Below the pieces are notes generated by a model. The model was given only the letters and a program-made list of their open reading frames with translations, was not told the DNA's origin and ran no database searches. The position numbers and the translations under genes are program-made. Shown here piece by piece: positions 22,500-29,204 of a stretch of 29,204 bases of DNA (within the stretch, counting starts at the first letter, position 1; each line of letters starts with the position of its first letter). Source of the stretch: Chlorokybus atmophyticus (Eukaryota > Plantae > Mesostigma and Chlorokybus algae); the NCBI GenBank assembly GCA_009103225.1, contig RHPI01001719.1, forward strand, positions 1 through 29,204. The letters run 5' to 3'.

Positions 22500-23640
22500 G
22501 CGTCTTTTGACAATGTTACCAACACCCTGTGTGCCGTCATTGGATTGATGAGCATTCTAGCATCTGAATGAAGCGTCGAAGGAAGCACACTTGACACGAC
22601 ATTGCGCATGGCTGCATTTGAGGTTAGTGTCCATGTCATTACTGTACTCTGTGTAAGGAGACATAATTGCCAATGTATCGACTCTAATATCCAATAGGCG
22701 CGATCTGCAAAATAAGTTGAGCAATACTGATGAAGGAAACATGTAAGCTGTTCCTCTCGTGAGAAGTTTGTCAAACATATTGCTGTGATCTGACCCTTAT
22801 CAAACGCCAATCAGCGAGATTGCTTAAAACAAAACAAGCAGTATCAACCGCTAAAACCTCAAGTTTGCTATTTAGCAATCAAACACAACCCACACAAGTG
22901 CACGCTGACTGATTGTGCAAGTGTGGAAGCAAACCACGGACTCGGACCGGTAAGCTTTGATTTTCCGTCAACTTTTTTTTTTTTTTTTCAACTTAGTACG
23001 TACGTATGAGGTCGATTAACTGGTTTCCGTTTTTGTCAACTGCGTCATTGACAATGCAAGTTGGTAGTATCGACCCTCGTTGACAGGGTCGGTTAAAGTC
23101 AGCAATAAGGCTTGATTGACTTGGCATAACACACAAAGGTTGCACAAGGCAAACCCCAAAGTAGGTGGCAATAGAGCAAAGATGAGCAAGCACTCATGCG
23201 ATTACATGGGGGCCAAGGCAGAGCTATGCACAGCTTACTCCAACTCAACTTATTTAGCCCAAGACTAGACCCTTAAGCAGCAGCAGGTGGGCGTATACAG
23301 CAGCAAACAGATGGCAGCACCCAACCACCTGTAGAGTGTAGAGGAGAGGAGCAAAGAGGAGAGAAGCTGAGGTTAGGCTTGCCTGTCCACGGCGTTGGCA
23401 TGCATGACCAAAGATGACGACTATACGGACGCTGCAACTTGGCCCCGCCGCTGCTCAACGCTGTTGCACGAACATATCCCCCTCCCTGGCCGCGTGGCTT
23501 CGTCCAGGCTGCGTGGCCTAGCTCATACGGAACGTTAGTCATGTTACATTGACATCTAGGCAGTCCTAAGGGCCAACGCCGCAGTAGCAAGAGTGCTATG
23601 CGCATCAGTCCACTGCCATCATGAAGCATGCACATGTCAA
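22500..23640 (-). pseudogene. Decayed non-LTR retrotransposon (LINE) endonuclease-domain relic
   Basis: Minus-strand fragments in the expected order resemble APE/EN motifs: PRGQGGGYVR, RHLW, VCCCIRPP, IADFN, NDAVDKNGNQLIDL. They are interrupted by stops, frameshifts and an A-tract at ~22973-22988. Confidence 0.45.
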
Positions 23641-23979
23641 TGTCCCATCATCATGCAGCGTGTTTTTGCAGTGCCAATGGCCCATGCAAACCCAACTTAG
23701 TTACACTTATCAAACTCAACCATTTTCATAACGTACAGCACCATTGTGCTGATGTCCGCAGCCGGAGAAAAGGAGCAGTTTTGTTCCACATTGGCAGGGT
23801 TGATGAAGATAAGCAATAATCGGTGAGAAACTAAGCACTCACAAGCATGCCACAGCACTCACAAGCATGTCTGCAGAAAAGGCGTGCACACCAATAAATT
23901 GCTAACATAACTGAAGGTCCTGGTCCGATACAACAGCTGTTGCAATACGCAGCTCTCGCATCGCACGCACAATGTTCAA

Positions 23980-27206
<3,227 letters not shown>

Positions 27207-27346
27207 CACCTTTCACGACGCTCAACACCCTTATGCCTCCTCGTGATTCTGTCAACAAGCACCCCGCCGCCGCCCGCAACAACACCCACCCTGCCGCCAC
27301 CGCCGCCGCCGCCGCCACCGCCTGCACCTAAACTCTGCAACGCACC

Positions 27347-27354
27347 AAACCCTA
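27347..27354 (+). promoter_or_regulatory. Telo-box (AAACCCTA) upstream of the DEAD-box helicase
   Basis: AAACCCTAA ~140 nt upstream of the ATG at 27206, next to a GCC-repeat leader. Telo-boxes are typical of plant translation and ribosome-biogenesis genes. Confidence 0.45.
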
Positions 27355-28233
27355 AAAGCGTGTCCAGCTAAGCAACAAAGTCGCGGCACCGCTGTGCAGT
27401 GCATCGGTCTGCAGCTGGTACGGTACCCTGCAGGTTCCCAGTGGTTGTGTTGAATCTCGCACGTCTTCTCGCTCGTTGCAAGCCTTGTAAATGAAGTTTT
27501 CATCCATGCAAGTTTATTATTGAGCTAAAAGGATATAAGTGATAACTACATGCATAAGATATCAGTAATAACTAGATGAACCTAAATACACCTTGCTAAC
27601 TGAAATTGACTGCAGGCTTCTACTTGCTTTGACTTGGATTGTGCAAGTTTTACATACTTACATGCTGTAACTTACAACACTTCGGTGTTGCTGTGGCATT
27701 TAACAACGCATGCGCTATTCTATTCCACCAAGTGGTTGTCATAGCTGAGTGTCGTAGTGTTAAATGATAATATACTGAAAAACAATTGACAAATCGTGAG
27801 TTACGATTGCAGATTTAAGCTTATTGCGGTTTGGCGCCAATTATAACGATCAATTACACATAATGATAATGATAATTGTAACACCGTGCTTTGTCACATG
27901 ATCACGATGTGTAGTTGTAAGTTATGTGCAAGTATGTAACTATAATAACACGATTCAAGCATGCTTTATAACACGCAGGATTAGTTATTAATCATGCAGT
28001 GCTTGCCCATGCGTAATGCCATTAATAGCCACCAAAATATAATGAAACATATTCAATTGCACATGTTACAAAACAATATCAATGTTATGTAGAGTGCTAG
28101 AAAGTGCACCATATGTGTATGTACAACCTCATTGATAGTCAAGAACATAAGTCGTTTGTATATTACATTTGAGTCCATTCGTCATTATATACATGCAAAT
28201 CATCGTTTCATCAATGCACATCAGACTGGTCAC

Positions 28234-28290
28234 CAGTACTACTGCAATTTGCAGTACTACTGCAATTTGCAGTACTACTGCAATTTGCAG
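28234..28290. repeat. 18-bp tandem repeat, three copies
   Basis: CAGTACTACTGCAATTTG repeated perfectly three times, followed by CAG. Confidence 0.95.
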
Positions 28291-28500
28291 TTGAATAATG
28301 ACATATCCAGGATCTAAGGAACGTAATAAAGAAAAATAATCAACGAGTGCCAATATGGCGCAGACAAGCACATGCATCCATATGGTTCGAACATCCGATG
28401 TTAAACCTGTTGATGGCCCATGACTATATGTATCACATCTGAACATACCTGACCATAATTAACAGTATGGCTCACAGTACTGGAGCCACATGCCACATCA

Positions 28501-28543
28501 TGTGATTGACTTTGGCCGCATGATGTGGCCAAAGTCAATCACA
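28501..28543. repeat. Perfect 17-bp inverted repeat (hairpin)
   Basis: TGTGATTGACTTTGGCC - 9 nt - GGCCAAAGTCAATCACA. Confidence 0.9.
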
Positions 28544-29204
28544 ATGAGTTACAATCGTGTCTTCATGCACGATCAACTTACACAAGGCATATAAGTGATG
28601 GTACGGTTAAGCTTTATATGCACATTGAAAACGCTAGAGCTATATACGCTTCGCATGCGCTTGAGTCTCGTGACACTCATATTATGGCAATAGCTGTCAA
28701 GCATGGTAAAAGTACTTTATCATCTTATATATTTATCGTTACATGATGTCATTATAGCTAATTATTTGCTGGTTTATTTCAATATGCACAACATAGTTAC
28801 AATGATTATATATATAAGTGGACAATCACTTTATTTGGCGGCATCTGCTTGTTATGATCGTCGCTTATAACTTGTGAGTCTGTACAAAAGCTGTACTACG
28901 TGTGTAGCATGCAACTTAAACTTTGAAGTTTTTAAACATTAAATCTTGTATAATTAGCCGTTGTATACTATATTATACTAGTACTATACTAGTAGTACGC
29001 AATAGTCACTGATTGATTGTAACAAGTACGGATATAAGCACACGAGTTAAAGTGTCACTAGCTAGGGATTCGATGAAAGGCACTTGTTTCGTTGGATTCC
29101 ACCTGTGAGTCATCATATTTTAATGAGTTACGCAAACCGGGTGATGCTCTCACGTTGTTTTACATGTGCTTGTATAACGCTTGTGCACTACAGGGCGGGA
29201 GAGA

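Noticed and set aside
28129-28446. ORFs with repeated LQIAVV / YYCNLQ
   Set aside because: Produced by the 18-bp tandem repeat in AT-rich DNA; no other coding signal.

Overview
Eukaryotic nuclear DNA with GT-AG introns, most likely a green alga. Plant-type bL36m, a GONST3/4-type transporter and telo-boxes suggest an early-diverging streptophyte (inference). The left ~7.4 kb is an accessory island with three parts: (1) a CACTA/EnSpm-superfamily transposon on the minus strand with an apparently uninterrupted 6-exon, ~1270-aa transposase, a CACAG terminus at 5645 and TGGTCC subterminal repeats; three of its five introns carry the same ~57-bp repeat; (2) degenerate MITE-like remnants; (3) an AT-rich organelle-derived segment with a mitochondrial-type tRNA-Ile(GAU). 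The rest is a housekeeping block whose exon joins I checked by hand for phase: PIG-P (-, 4 exons), a GDP-sugar transporter (+, 6 exons), nuclear-encoded mitochondrial L36 (-, 2 exons), GCN2 (+, 22 exons, 688-N gap inside intron 2) and a DBP2-like DEAD-box helicase (-, 9 exons). A decayed LINE endonuclease relic lies between the last two genes, and the window ends in AT-rich non-coding DNA. Most short ORFs in the track are off-frame or intron read-through. All family assignments rest on recalled motifs; no database searches were run.
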